Part shown: piece after piece, positions 23,833-35,849 of the stretch
Numbering within the stretch: position 1 is the first letter of the stretch
How the letters are laid out: every line of letters begins with the position of its first letter
Assembly: GCA_026936335.1 (NCBI GenBank)
Contig: JAPMXV010000043.1
Location: forward strand, 186,001 to 250,000
Source of the DNA: Mantamonas sphyraenae STR306
Lineage: Eukaryota; Protista; CRuMs
DNA: 64,000 nucleotides
Reading direction: 5' to 3'
Position numbers and translations under genes: made by a program
Notes under the pieces: model-generated
What the model saw: only the letters and a program-made list of their open reading frames with translations
The model's database searches: none
Told to the model about the DNA's origin: nothing

Positions 23833-25629
23833 ATGACTTTCCGTGCTGCCGCCTTGTGCGTGCTGCTTCTTGCAAGCCTGTGCCAGGCTCACATCTGTGT
23901 GTTCTCCCCGCATCAGCGTGGTCCCATGAACATCAGCACCAGCGGCAACCCGACCTGCTTCCGCCACGGTCTCCCTTGCGGCGGCCAACCCGCAGGCGAC
24001 GTGGTCGCTACCGGTGTTGCCGGCCAGCCCTTCACCGTCAGCTGGCAGCAAAACTACAACCACTATAGCGTCGGCTACTCGGGCTACATGTCCGTCAGCT
24101 TGGCCTCTACGGGGCCCAACCCGCAGCCCTCCGACTTTGTGGAGCTCATCCGCATCTCCGACTTCAACGCCCATGCCCAGGACAACCAGCACAACTTTTC
24201 CGTCACTGTTGATTTGCCCGAACACGTCACGTGTGACCACTGCGTCGTCCAGGTCATCTATAATGCTCACAAACCGGGCGAGTCCCCCTTTGTTCAGTGC
24301 ACGGACATTGCCATCACCGCCCAGTCCTCCGACAACCATCAAGACGACGCATCCGACAGCTCCCATAATGTCGAACCATTGCCCTACGATCCAGAGAGCC
24401 CCCACGTGCGCTCCATGAACGCTCGCGTCTCACCTGACGCCGGCAAACTGCTGCGCAAGGCGTGGGAGCAAGAACGCGTGGATGGTCGCGTCAACTTTGC
24501 CTACGGCCTCCGTGTCGACCGAGACCGCGACATGTCCACCCTCGAGCAGATCGACGTCCACACTGGCCACACAAACACCATCATCACGTTCCCCCTCATC
24601 GTCAACGTCGTCGACGAGTACCGTGACCAAACCGACAACACCCCGTACATCGAGGACCAGCTCCTTGCTGTTCGCCAGACCTCGCCCACAAACCTCGTTC
24701 TTTACTCTACAGCCGCGTACAACGGTCTCGGTTCTGTCCCCACATACATGGTCTCTGTCAACGTCGCCGAGGCCAGCACCACCTCGGTACGTTGCTGTTC
24801 ACTTCCACGCAACCTCCCATGCCTCACAACCCGCGCCAACCCCTTCCTCCCCCCACCCCTATCCCTCTTTTCGATCGTGTCTAACTCCTCCTGCCCCCGC
24901 TTTCTTCCCCAGAACATGTACCAGATGAAAAACCTCCCCGCCCCGATCAACGCCCTCAACTGGGACCCCATCACCGACTCACTGCTCGCGCTGACCATCG
25001 TGCCCGTCGACAACATGCCCGGAAAGTACACCATTATCGTGTACCGCGTCTCTTTGCCCGAGGCTGGTCAGCAACAGTTCACCGAGCTCATCCGCACTGC
25101 GCCCGACGACACCTTTGTCAACCTGCAGTGGACCGAGTATAACCCGGTCACACAGACCTTCTACGTCCTCATGGGCGATGAGAACGCTGCCGAGTCCCTC
25201 CGCACCCGCCTCTACACCTTTGCCATCAACGCAACCAGCGCAGAGCTTGTGCACGAGGTCATCCCCGACTACAAGCAGTTCACCATTGCTGCCGTCCACT
25301 CTTACAACGGCAAGCTCTACGCCCTCAGCTACGGCCTCAACAGCCAGCCTGTCAACCAGCGCAACTGGACTCTCGTCACCATCGATCCCGTTTCCGGCGC
25401 CGTCGCAAAGAGCCGCTCAGTGCTTATGCCCGGCCTCGCAAAGCCCCATTATGGTGGAAACATCTTTGGTGGCCTCCAGCGCTCCTCGGGAACCCTCTAC
25501 TATGCCTTCCACGGGGCACAAAGCCACAACTCCATTTTCGTGGGTGTCAACGTCGAAACCGGCGCCATTGATTTCGGCGAACAGCTCGATCTCGACAACG
25601 TCCACAACCTGTGCATGTTCCAGCGTTGA
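23833..25629 (+). CDS. Secreted His-brace copper protein (LPMO-like) with probable C-terminal beta-propeller
   Basis: A 19-aa signal peptide MTFRAAALCVLLLASLCQA leaves His at mature position 1 (HICVFSPHQRG). Also PCGG, a second His in WQQNYNHY, VDLPEHVTCDHCVVQ and FVQCTDI. In-frame intron 24787-24912 (GTACGT..CTAAC..CAG); about 556 aa. Confidence 0.8.
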   Translation: MTFRAAALCVLLLASLCQAHICVFSPHQRGPMNISTSGNPTCFRHGLPCGGQPAGDVVATGVAGQPFTVSWQQNYNHYSVGYSGYMSVSLASTGPNPQPSDFVELIRISDFNAHAQDNQHNFSVTVDLPEHVTCDHCVVQVIYNAHKPGESPFVQCTDIAITAQSSDNHQDDASDSSHNVEPLPYDPESPHVRSMNARVSPDAGKLLRKAWEQERVDGRVNFAYGLRVDRDRDMSTLEQIDVHTGHTNTIITFPLIVNVVDEYRDQTDNTPYIEDQLLAVRQTSPTNLVLYSTAAYNGLGSVPTYMVSVNVAEASTTSVRCCSLPRNLPCLTTRANPFLPPPLSLFSIVSNSSCPRFLPQNMYQMKNLPAPINALNWDPITDSLLALTIVPVDNMPGKYTIIVYRVSLPEAGQQQFTELIRTAPDDTFVNLQWTEYNPVTQTFYVLMGDENAAESLRTRLYTFAINATSAELVHEVIPDYKQFTIAAVHSYNGKLYALSYGLNSQPVNQRNWTLVTIDPVSGAVAKSRSVLMPGLAKPHYGGNIFGGLQRSSGTLYYAFHGAQSHNSIFVGVNVETGAIDFGEQLDLDNVHNLCMFQR

Positions 25630-25815
25630 TCCGTTTTGGCCCGTTTCGCACCTGCAATGCAAGCACATTCCCTGCTTCACCTCGACACTCCCTCCCAATC
25701 TCCGCCAATCTTTCTCCCACGTTTTGTTCGCGGCCAGCATCCACCCGGTTGCCGTGCGCGCACTCAACACCCCCCCTTTTGCTTCCCACCCTCCCATACA
25801 CACGCATACGCACAC

Positions 25816-28800
25816 ATGTCGTCTGCAAACCCTCACTCGGACAAGTCTGCGTCCGGAGTGCCCTCGTCTTCGGACCGCCACTCCACCAGTCTCCTACCCT
25901 TTATGACCATCTCCACGCGTTCAAACAGCCACGACGACTACTACGACAGCAGCGACGACGAGTCTGATCTCATCCGCGATGAGGCCGCCCTTTTCCGAGA
26001 CGCTGCTTCGCTTCGTTCTCGCACAGACTCCCTCTCTTCCTCCTCGAGCTCCATGCTCTCTCTCGACTCCCCTGCCCTTTCCAATCGCTCTTCGTCCCGC
26101 TCCATCGGCCAAGGCAGCGTCGGCCGTCTCGCTGCCAAGTCTCCGCTCCCGTCCCATCGCTTTCGTGCCGGCGCCTCCTCCTCCTTTCGCCGTCGCGTCG
26201 GCAACGACGAGACTCTCGTCGAAGACGCCCCCATGATCCTCGAGGACCGTGTTCAGCCTTACATCCGCGACGGAGCTCAGGTCGACCTAGCTGCCTTGCG
26301 CCTTACCTTTAGGTGCGTTCGCACACTTGTGTTTGCCATTTCCCCTCCTCCCCATCCCGCCGCCACCCTCTCCACACCCAAAACGCCCCAAAGCACACAC
26401 GCCTGCCCACAGCCACAGCCCCACACTCTGCTCTCCAGCGACACCCTCTCCTCTTCCTACCGCACTCCTTCCTCCCTCCTCCGCTCACACGCCTTCAAAC
26501 CCCGCACGTCGCCAACCGCAGTTCTGGCAACGTCCGCCTCGAGGACATGTGGACCTCCTTTCGCAAAGCTCACTCGCAAGAGGTACGTTCATTGCGTGAC
26601 ACACCCTGTGCTCCATCCTGCGTATCCCTTCCATCCCCTGGGGCCAAGATGTCCACCCCTCTGGACGCCTTCTCAACCCTCTTTTTAGCTGACTCACCTG
26701 ACACACCTTTTCCCGCTCCTGTTCCCACCTTTACCATCCCCACTGGGCCCCACGCCCCTTCCCACCCGTCAACAGGGCCAGAATGCACGCTTTGCCAAGT
26801 TTGCAAACATGCTCGTCCTCTTTTGCGAAGACTACGACGCACAGGTGCGTTGCCCCACCAGCCTCCGTTTTCACCTTCTCTTCTCCGGCCCGCCTTCCTA
26901 ACATCCTGTTTCCCAATCCCACTCCCATCCCCAATCCGTGCATATATGTACTATGTCCAACACCCTGCAGAACGCCCAGGGCTCCAGCTCTATGCCAAAG
27001 AGCTCATCGAGCGGCAAAGGTCGCAAGTACTCCCTCCTCCGCAAGGGCACGCGTTTTGTCGGTGGCCTGGACAACCTCTCTGCATCTCGCTCTGCCTCGT
27101 ATGGCCACATGCACACACTTATGCCCGACCTCAAACCAGGTTCCACAGAGTGGTGCATCCTCGTCCTCCACCTCGTACGTCCCAATCCAATGTCACCATG
27201 TCACAACGCCACAAACCCACCACACGCACTTGCTCACACAACTCTCCCTATATTTTCCCGCAGCTCATTGGAGACCCCGAACCCTACCTCCTCGCAACTG
27301 TGCGTGATCCCACCACCATCCGCCACCCAAACCTCATCCCATTCCTTATTGAGCAGCTGCCCATCTTTGACCTCTCGGGCCAGGTCCTTGTCCTGTGGCA
27401 GCTCTACAACGTCATTGCCGCCTCTGTCGCAAATGTGGAAGCCTGCCACGAGGTCCATCTCATCGACACCCTCCTCGACTACATTCCGTCGTTCAAGCAT
27501 GAGATCTGTCAACGTACGTTTCCTGCCCAGCAACACTTCACTTCCCCCCCCCCCACCTCCGGCTACCCACCCACTCACCCACTTCCCCTTACCTCCTTTC
27601 TCCCAGTTATTGCCTTTGAAACCCTTGGCGTCCTGTGCTCTTTGCGCATCTCCAGACCCCTCTTTCGCACCATCACAGACTTTGTCATCAACCGCAACGA
27701 GCTCAACCCGTTCAGCTTGGCCCAAACGCAGAGTGTCTACCGCATGTTCCGCTCCATGATCCACACCACAGAGTGCCCCTGCATGTACCTCGACCTCATC
27801 CCTGAGGAGCCACAAGGCCGTGTCCTTGTCGTCGACACCTCTCCGACTCCTTCATCCTCGTCGACTCCGTCTTCCTCGTCCACCACTCCCGTGTGGCCTA
27901 TCATCAACACCGCCGCCACAAAAATGATGGATCTCGCCGATCCGGCAACGGCCTTTTCCCTCTTTGCCAATCTCTGTTTCGACAAGACCCAACGAGGCAC
28001 CGCCTGCACCCTGTACAAAATCGAAGGCCAGAACGGAGCACTCATGTCAGGCCAGCTTGTTTGGGAGGGCATGGATGCCATCCTTGAAGACGACCAGTTC
28101 ACTGTCGAGGATGAGCTCAACGACTACTTTGTCTTTTCCCACCTCGTCTGCTCCGTTCGCACTCAGGACGGCATGGAAACCATGTCCAAGCTCGTGTTTC
28201 CCGTCGTCGCAAACCAGTGGTTCTCCTGTGCCGTCTGCCACCACATCGAAAAGATGCAGTTCAGGTGCTACCGCAATGGTCAAGAGGTCCATCGTACACG
28301 CCTCATGTTCCCCACCTTTGAAGGACACGAACCTCTTACCACATGCCTCTTCCTCGAAGACTGCATCGGGCAGGTCGGCCTCATTGCTTGGTGGTCTGCT
28401 CCCCTCTCCTCTCCCGACGTGGCCACTGTCCACAAGCTTGCTCCTACCATTGGCACCTATGCCATCGACATCGATACCGTCTCCCAGCCCGCCTCCCTTG
28501 TCTCCAAGCCCTCCGACACCTCCGAATACGATCCGGCCACTTTTTGCCAGCGCATCGCTCACCTGCCCAACACGCAGTCCCTCCACATGTTCCTCCATCC
28601 CCTGTGCATCAAGCAGTACTCTCTGCGTGACTGCATCCACTCTGTCAACCTCAAGATCGGCCGCAAAACACTTGTCCGCAAGATTGCAAAGCTCGGCGCA
28701 ATCATCGAGGACCCTACTCATTTTGCCAAGCTCATGGACACCATCCTGGCCGTTGCCGTCTCCTCTACAAACGCATCATCCACACAATCCTTCTCTGTCG

Positions 28801-31800
28801 CCGTCATCTGCGACCTCTTTGAGATGATCAAGGAGCTACTCAGCACAGACAAGTACAACCAGACCATGGTCGACTGCCACACCTTTGGCATCCTCAACGC
28901 CTCCCTCATGAAAATGCCCAAACACCTCCTTGTAGGAGACGTCGTCGCAGAGGTCCGCTCCCTTCGCTTCCTTTGCTCTCACCCGAGCCTCTTTGTGCGC
29001 TACTTGCAAAACCTTCTCGTCAACTTTCGCCTGTGGATCAACGCCAGCATGGACGTCCAGCGCCAGCTCCTCAACTTTCTCATCGAGCTCTGCGACACCC
29101 AGCCAAGCCTCTTCCGCGAGCAGCTTGGCGTCCACCGCATGCTCAGCGTCCTTCGCGTTTTCTACTGGTACACCCAAGAGAGCGTCAGTGTCGTGCCCGT
29201 CACAAAGGTCCGTCCAAACTACCGTGAGCTCCACGAGCTGCGCAACCTCGTCCTCCAGATCATCTACGACATGATCACCTTTTCCTTCACCCCGGACGAC
29301 GTCCACGAGCTGCTCACCTTCCTCAACGACTGCGAAGACGACCGCCAGAAGGAGGACCTCCTCGAGCTCATGTTTGACCACCTCGACGAAACGCAGGTTC
29401 GTTTCCTGTGTGCGTACATCTGGGAGAGCGACACCATGGGCACTTTTCTCAGCCTCATCACAAGCAAGCGCACACAGCTCCGCTGGATGGCCATCCGTGC
29501 CCTCTGGCGCATCGTCACTATGCCGCCTGCGTCCATCAAACGCTCCGAGGCCAATCTGACCGGGCAGGCTGTGTGCTCCCTCATCGCACGCAATCTCGAC
29601 CAGCACGGTGTCGGCATGGAACATATCGACGTCGCACACGCCATTCTGTGCCTCGAGCACGACCAGCAGCCCCTCGTTGTACCATACCTCAACGGTATGG
29701 TCCAGCCCTTTCAGATGCACAACCCTTGGGCCTTGCGCCTGATCATGGCCATGCTTGCACGCGCCTCGCCCGTCGTCATGCGCTACGGCTTCTCCAAGCT
29801 CACCGAGGCCGTCCAGCTCAACCCGTCTGCAATGGTCGCTGTCCTCGACGACTGCTCCGAGTGGCAAATGATGTTCTTTGACTGCCTCCTCCACCTGCAA
29901 AACACAGAAGCCGCCTGGGCCGAGGCCGCCGAAGAGCGCTCCGTTAGCGCGGGCAAACAGCCGCAGCTCGCGTCAAGCACCGATCAACGTCGACAAACAA
30001 AGTCAAAGTACGTGCGCTACGACTTTGAGCTCGCCCGTAACGCTCTCGCCGACACCTTTGCCCTGCTGCACAGCCATGCAATCGTGGCCCACGACGGCCA
30101 CATTGTGCTGCGCCAGTCGCTCATCCTTCTCAAACTCTTTGCCACCATGCACGACCTGGACGTGCTCCCTTTGTATCATCTACTCTTTCTGCGCATCAAC
30201 GTCGCCCTTGCACACGAGTTTCGCACCATGTCGGAGGCACAGCGCAACAACCCTGTCACTGCCACGAATACGCTCGTCGCCCTCGCTGTACTCCACAATC
30301 AGCTCTTTGACGAGTCCACCACTGCCAACCCGGACGACAAGTACACCAAGATCCGACGCACAGAGGCCTTCCTATCCCTTCTCGAACCTGTGGCTCGCAC
30401 AGGCGTCCCCTCTGTGTACGGAAGCTCACGGCGCACCATGCGCATGACCGCACGCCGCTCCATGTTTCTCAACGCAGGCTCGTCCGTGACACCTGCCGAC
30501 CAGGGTTCCAAAGGAGTCGGCAACGCGCGGAAAGCCCTGCGCCAGGGCAGGGGTGCCTTCAAAGTGTCGGCCCAAGATCTCCAGCAGCTCAAAGCCATGA
30601 GCACCAGCCAGTTTACGCAGACTGTGCGCCTCATCAAGAATCCAGACCACGACTGGCCCATGGTCATCACATACTGTGCTCTTTTTGACCTCACGGGATA
30701 CCACCGGTGGACAAACCCGTCGTTGTCTCTGCCCACAGAGGTTGCCGACTTTGTGCCCGACGGCGCCACGCGCCTCGTCGTCAAGACCACACTGCACGCT
30801 ATCGAGCAGTGCACCGATGCACGCCAGATGCACTGGCTGGGTTCCATTCTCCAACGTGCAATCCAGTCTTATGTCGAGCACACCGGCCACGACATTGTCA
30901 AGAAACACCGCATCGCAACCACGTCCACCCGCACCTCGCGCATCTCTCGCGCCCCAACCATCAACATTTTTGGTGGCAAGAGCAGCAGCAATAGCAGCAG
31001 CAGCAGCAGTGGCGGCAGCGGTGCAAGTGGCGGCCACATTTCTGGCGCAGGTGGACGAGAGAGCGGAACAGGAGGTGCAGGAGGCGCGGGAGGAATTATC
31101 GGCTCAAACAGCGACGTTGGTGCAGCGGGGGCAATGCTGCATCTGCGTTGTCTGCAACCGGCGCAGGGTCAGGCGAAGCCTTTACCGTCGGCGTCAGCGC
31201 AAGCCCCACAGGCAGTGGACGCAGCTCAAACTTGATTCCAGTGAACACATTTAGATCGACAGGCTACCACGGGTATCCGGAAGACGTATCCAGGCTCAAG
31301 AACGTCTCGGTGCTGGATTCGGAAGAACGCGCCAGCATTGTGCTTCCCGAAGTGTTGCAGCCCGTGCTGTGCTTTCCTGTGCGCTTTTTGCAACAGCTGC
31401 TATCCAAGGATGGCCTGGACACCTCCCAATTCCATGTGCTCCTGCACATCTTGGACTCCGTGCTGCGCACGATCAACCCATTGCTGCACACAGTCAACCT
31501 CACCTACGAGTCGGGCACAGACGCAAAGTCGGTGCAGGCGAGCATCGACAAATGGATGCTCAGTGTGCCGGGCCATTTCCAAAAAGCCTGCCTCAAGTTT
31601 CAGAACGTGGACACCAAGTCGGCCAGCAAGCGCGACGCCGAGGAGCGGGAGGAGGTCAAAGCCCTGCTGGACCAGTTTGCAGAGAACCGCAAGAATGTGC
31701 TCGACATGGAAAAGGTTGTACAAAAGGCAGTGGTGGTCAGCAAACAGCCCGACAGCGCGCTTGTCGGGCGCGTATCCGAACAAGAAATCATTCTGGAGCA

Positions 31801-34800
31801 GCTGACAAAGTTGCGTCAGTCGCACCTGGGCACCTGCGTGGTGATCACTGGCGACACTGGCATCGGCAAGACATCGCTTGTCGAGACTTTGATCAATGTG
31901 GCGGACGCATCGCTTGTCCAGTCGTACTCGGCCACGTGCCAGCCTGCAACCATCGCGCACTCCCTGCGTCCCTGGCGCTTCATCCTCGAGGGAATCCTTG
32001 GCCTGCCCGACACCTACTTGGAGCCCAGTGCGTTTGAATCCATGCTCATGTCCCGGCTTGTGTCGCTTGCGTCCTCCCTGCAAATCGATATTGAAGAGCT
32101 GCACGATCTGGCGCCGCTGCTGGGCATGCTGTTTCCCAACCTAGAAATGCGCACGACGCGTGTGGTCGATTCCATGAGCGAGGAGGAGCAGGTTGATCAG
32201 CTGCTTACACTCGTCCTCGTGGTGCTTCGTGCAGCCACCGCGACCGAACCGTGCATCATTGTCCTCGAGGATGTCGAATGGATGGACGCTGCGAGCTGGG
32301 AGCTCTTCCGCTTTTTGCAGCTTAGACTGCACACCGTTATGTTTGTGCTCACCACCACCATCGACATGGCCATGATCAAGGCCCGAAACCTGCGCACTGC
32401 CAAGCAGAAGCAGCAAAAGCAACAGCAGCAGCAACAGCCACAGCAGCAGCAACAGCAACAGCAACTGCTCGGTTCAGAATCGCTCTTTCGTACCGGCTCG
32501 GCCGCCCGGCAGGCTGCGTCGCGGTCAAAAGTGCGCGAGTCCAGCGCAAGCCGAATTGCACGCAACCGCTCCGAACAAACCAACCAGCAGAGCGACAAGC
32601 GTATGTCGACACCTTGGGCCACCCCTGCATCGAGCAACGTGCCCACAGTGGTCGTTGACACAGTGGAAACGGGTGAGGATGCGGATGCGAACGAGAGCTC
32701 AACCCTCCAGGACGACGCAGATGCTCAAGAAGCGCAAGAGGATGAGGACATGGAAGCTGTGGCTGCTGCGCATCTCGCAGAGTTGCAGAATTCGGGCGTC
32801 TTCATTGCGCTGCACGATTTGCGCTTGGCCGATGTGGTCAAGGTCTTGTGCGAGCGTGCCCAATGCTCCACCGTCCAGGAAGACATTGTGGACTTTGTGA
32901 TGGAACACAGCCATGGGAACCCGCTGAAAGCCCTCATCATTTCCACATACATGCAGGAGAACGACCTGGTGCGTGTGGATAGCGACAAGCGCATGGTGAT
33001 GGTCCGCGAGAAAGACCTGCAGCAGGAAGGCATCCTGGAGCGAGCCATGGAAATGGTCACCAGCGTGCAACAGCTCACCGAGCGTTGTGCTTGGGTGGTC
33101 AAGACGGTGGCCATCAACGCAGACCGCTTGCCGCGCGACATGCTGATGGACATCATCGACGAAACCCATTTTGGCAAGGACGAACTGGCCCTCACTCAGG
33201 AGCAGCAGGAGGCTGTGCGTGCAGCCGCGGCAAAGAGCGAAGCCGAGGCCGAGCACATGCGCGTGGAGTACATCATTGCCAAACGCAACGAGCTCGTGCT
33301 GGCCGACTTGGACGAGCTGCAGGAACGCAATCTGATCGCAATCACCTCCGGAGATGCCGGCAGCAGCTCGGGCAAGGGCAAGGGCAAAGCCAGCCGTGAT
33401 GAGACAAACCGGGTCACGTTGGGAGGCAGTCCAAGTGCCAACCGGGAGTACATCGAACTCAAGTCGGGCCTGGTCGAGCAGGTGTGCCGCACCATGACCG
33501 ACCAAAAGTTTCGCCGCAAGACACACCGGCTGGTGTGCGAGTGGATCGAACAGTCCGAGGTGGACCTCGTTCCCTTTTACCGCTTCTTGGCCGAGAACTG
33601 GGAGCTGAGTGGCAACGTGCAAAACGCCGTGGACTACTATGAAAAGCTGGGAGAGAGTCACATGCAGGCCTTTGAGCAAAAGGAGGCCATCCAATGCTAC
33701 CAAAAGGCAGTCATGATGTACGTGGTACCGGAGGGCACAACCATGGCCTCGTCGCCCGAGGTGCAAATCCGTCGCGCGGGATGGTACCGTCGCCTGGCTG
33801 TGTGTTCGTTTGCCACTGGCGAGGTCAGCATGACCATGCTGTTTCTGGGGCGTGCCCTCCAGCTGCTGGAGCGCAAATTGCCCAAGATGCAGCAGGATAG
33901 CCTGGCCAACATTCTGAACCAGCTGGGCCAGCTGCCCGAAGGTGTGAACCGCGTGGCACGGAAGAAAACGTCGCGTTTTCTGTCGCGTGGCAATGCCAAA
34001 GATGGCGAGGTTGTGCTCAGTGACACCACGCGTGCAGTGGTGACCGAACTCGCGCTGGTGCTGGCCAAAGCCGCCGAAGTGTACCTGCAGGCGAACCAGC
34101 TGGTGACCGCCATGAATTGTGCCGTGCACGCCATCAACGCGGCCTCGGTGCTGTCGTCGCCCGTGAAGGACATCACTCTCGGCTGCTGCTACGCCATTCT
34201 CTGCGTGGGCAGCTCGCAAATCCCCGACCACAAGCTTGTGGTCGAATTCTTCGACAAGACACACCAAAACATGCGCTCTCTGGACAATCCGGCAGGCGAC
34301 ATGTTTGTGAACACGGTGACAAGTGTGCATTATGTGCTCAACCACGAATGGAACAAGGCCATCCAGCTGTGCAACTCGGCCAGCGCAGAGGCAAACGCAA
34401 AAATCAACGTACGGTACGCGGAGCAGAGCATGCACACATCGGCCTACATCTACCTGCTCGTGGGACGGTACAACCAAGCCGACGCAAAGTTTCTGCAGCT
34501 ACTCGAGAGCTCCCTCACGCGCAGAGACAGGCAAGCGCACACGTGGGGATTGGTAGGCCGGGCACACGCGCTGTTCTTCCTTGGCCAGCACGCAGACGCA
34601 ACGAAACTCATTGACGCCGCCATTTCCATGATGAAGCCCGATGACGACCTTGAGGACGCCACGGTGCAGCAGATGTCCCGCGGCAGCGGTCGCACAGCCG
34701 CAGGCTCGTCCTCGTCATCGTCCTCGTCCTCCTCCTCCTCGTCATCGTCCACAACCAACTCTGGCTCTCTGGGCCCAACTAGTTTCACGCGAGGCATCGC

Positions 34801-34864
34801 CTCGTACGGAGGACGTCTTATCTCCAGCAGCCCGGGCATCCTGTCCATGAACAGCGCCAACACA

Positions 34865-34899
<35 letters not shown>

Positions 34900-35782
34900 C
34901 TCATCGGGCAACACCGGCAGCAGTGACACATTGAGACGCATCAGCATGATGCAGCGTGCCGGGAGCTCGTCGGGTCGCAGCTCAGGAGTGTTTGGCCCCG
35001 GTGGGGGCTCGGGTGTGCGTCCTCGCAGCAGACAGGATAGCTTCAACACCATGCAACTGAAGGACGGCTTGTCTAATCATGCGTTCGGAGGCTCCTTTGT
35101 TGGCCGCCCCGGTGAGCTGCCCATGGCCGCATTTGTGTACCAGGATATGGTGGAGCTCATCAATGCGTACGCACTCAAGGCCAGGTTGATGCTGGATGTG
35201 CCCAGCAAGCAGCTGAAGCGAGTGGCGCCGCACGCTCTCGAGTACGTCGACCAAGCGTACCATTTGGTCGTCAACACCTCCCACCTTCACTACTTTGCCT
35301 TTTTCGGCTTGGCACACACCGTGCACTGCTACCTAAAGCTGTGGGAGGAGGCCAAACGCAGCCGCACCGTCGTGCGCGCCGCACCCGAGGAGCTGGAGAA
35401 AAAGGCCCGTGAGAGCATCAAGCAGCTCACCAGCTTCCTCGAGTGCTACGACTTTGCCGAACCACGCAAGCAGCTGTACAGCGGCTGGAAGAACCTGCTG
35501 GAAAACAGCAGCAACAAGGCCAAGAAGAAGTGGAACAAGGCACGCGACCAGGCCGACTCCTTGCTCATGCCCATCGAGACTGCAATCATCGACAAGTTCA
35601 TCGGTACCTATGAAGACGTGGTGTCGGACCGCAAGGTGCGCATCAAGCGCCTCAAATCCGCCCTTGCGGCCTTCAAGACCGCAGGGTCGCAGAAGGAGGC
35701 GGCCGCCGTCGAGGAGCTCCTGTCCAGCCTGGACACCAGTCAGGACTTTGCAGACATGCTTGACGAGGACTTTAACTTTTAG
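25816..35782 (+). CDS. Neurobeachin/LRBA-type N-terminal scaffold (ARM, ConA-like, DUF4704-like) fused to STAND/AAA_16 ATPase and TPR-like region; frameshift near 31130
   Basis: Exons 25816-26312, 26522-26582, 26776-26844, 26971-27174, 27264-27513 and 27607-35782, all GT..AG and in phase. BEACH-family N-terminal motifs VLHLLIGD, SVANVEACHEVHLID, LLVNFRLWINASMDVQRQLL, LSVLRVFYWY. STAND motifs LVGRVSEQ, GDTGIGKT, IIVLEDVEWMD, HGNPL. The two long ORFs overlap at 31148-31235 in a Gly/Ser linker; about 3,085 aa if joined. Confidence 0.75.
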
Positions 35783-35849
35783 ATAGGGGTTGAGCAGAAG
35801 AGTGGTGCAGTGTGAGCTGCCAACGCATTGCATCCCAACAAAATCCAAA

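Noticed and set aside
34705-34900. Poly-Ser/poly-Gln trinucleotide runs here and in several other genes as candidate arrays
   Set aside because: Ordinary low-complexity coding linkers with no repeat-spacer structure, so not CRISPR-like or mobile.
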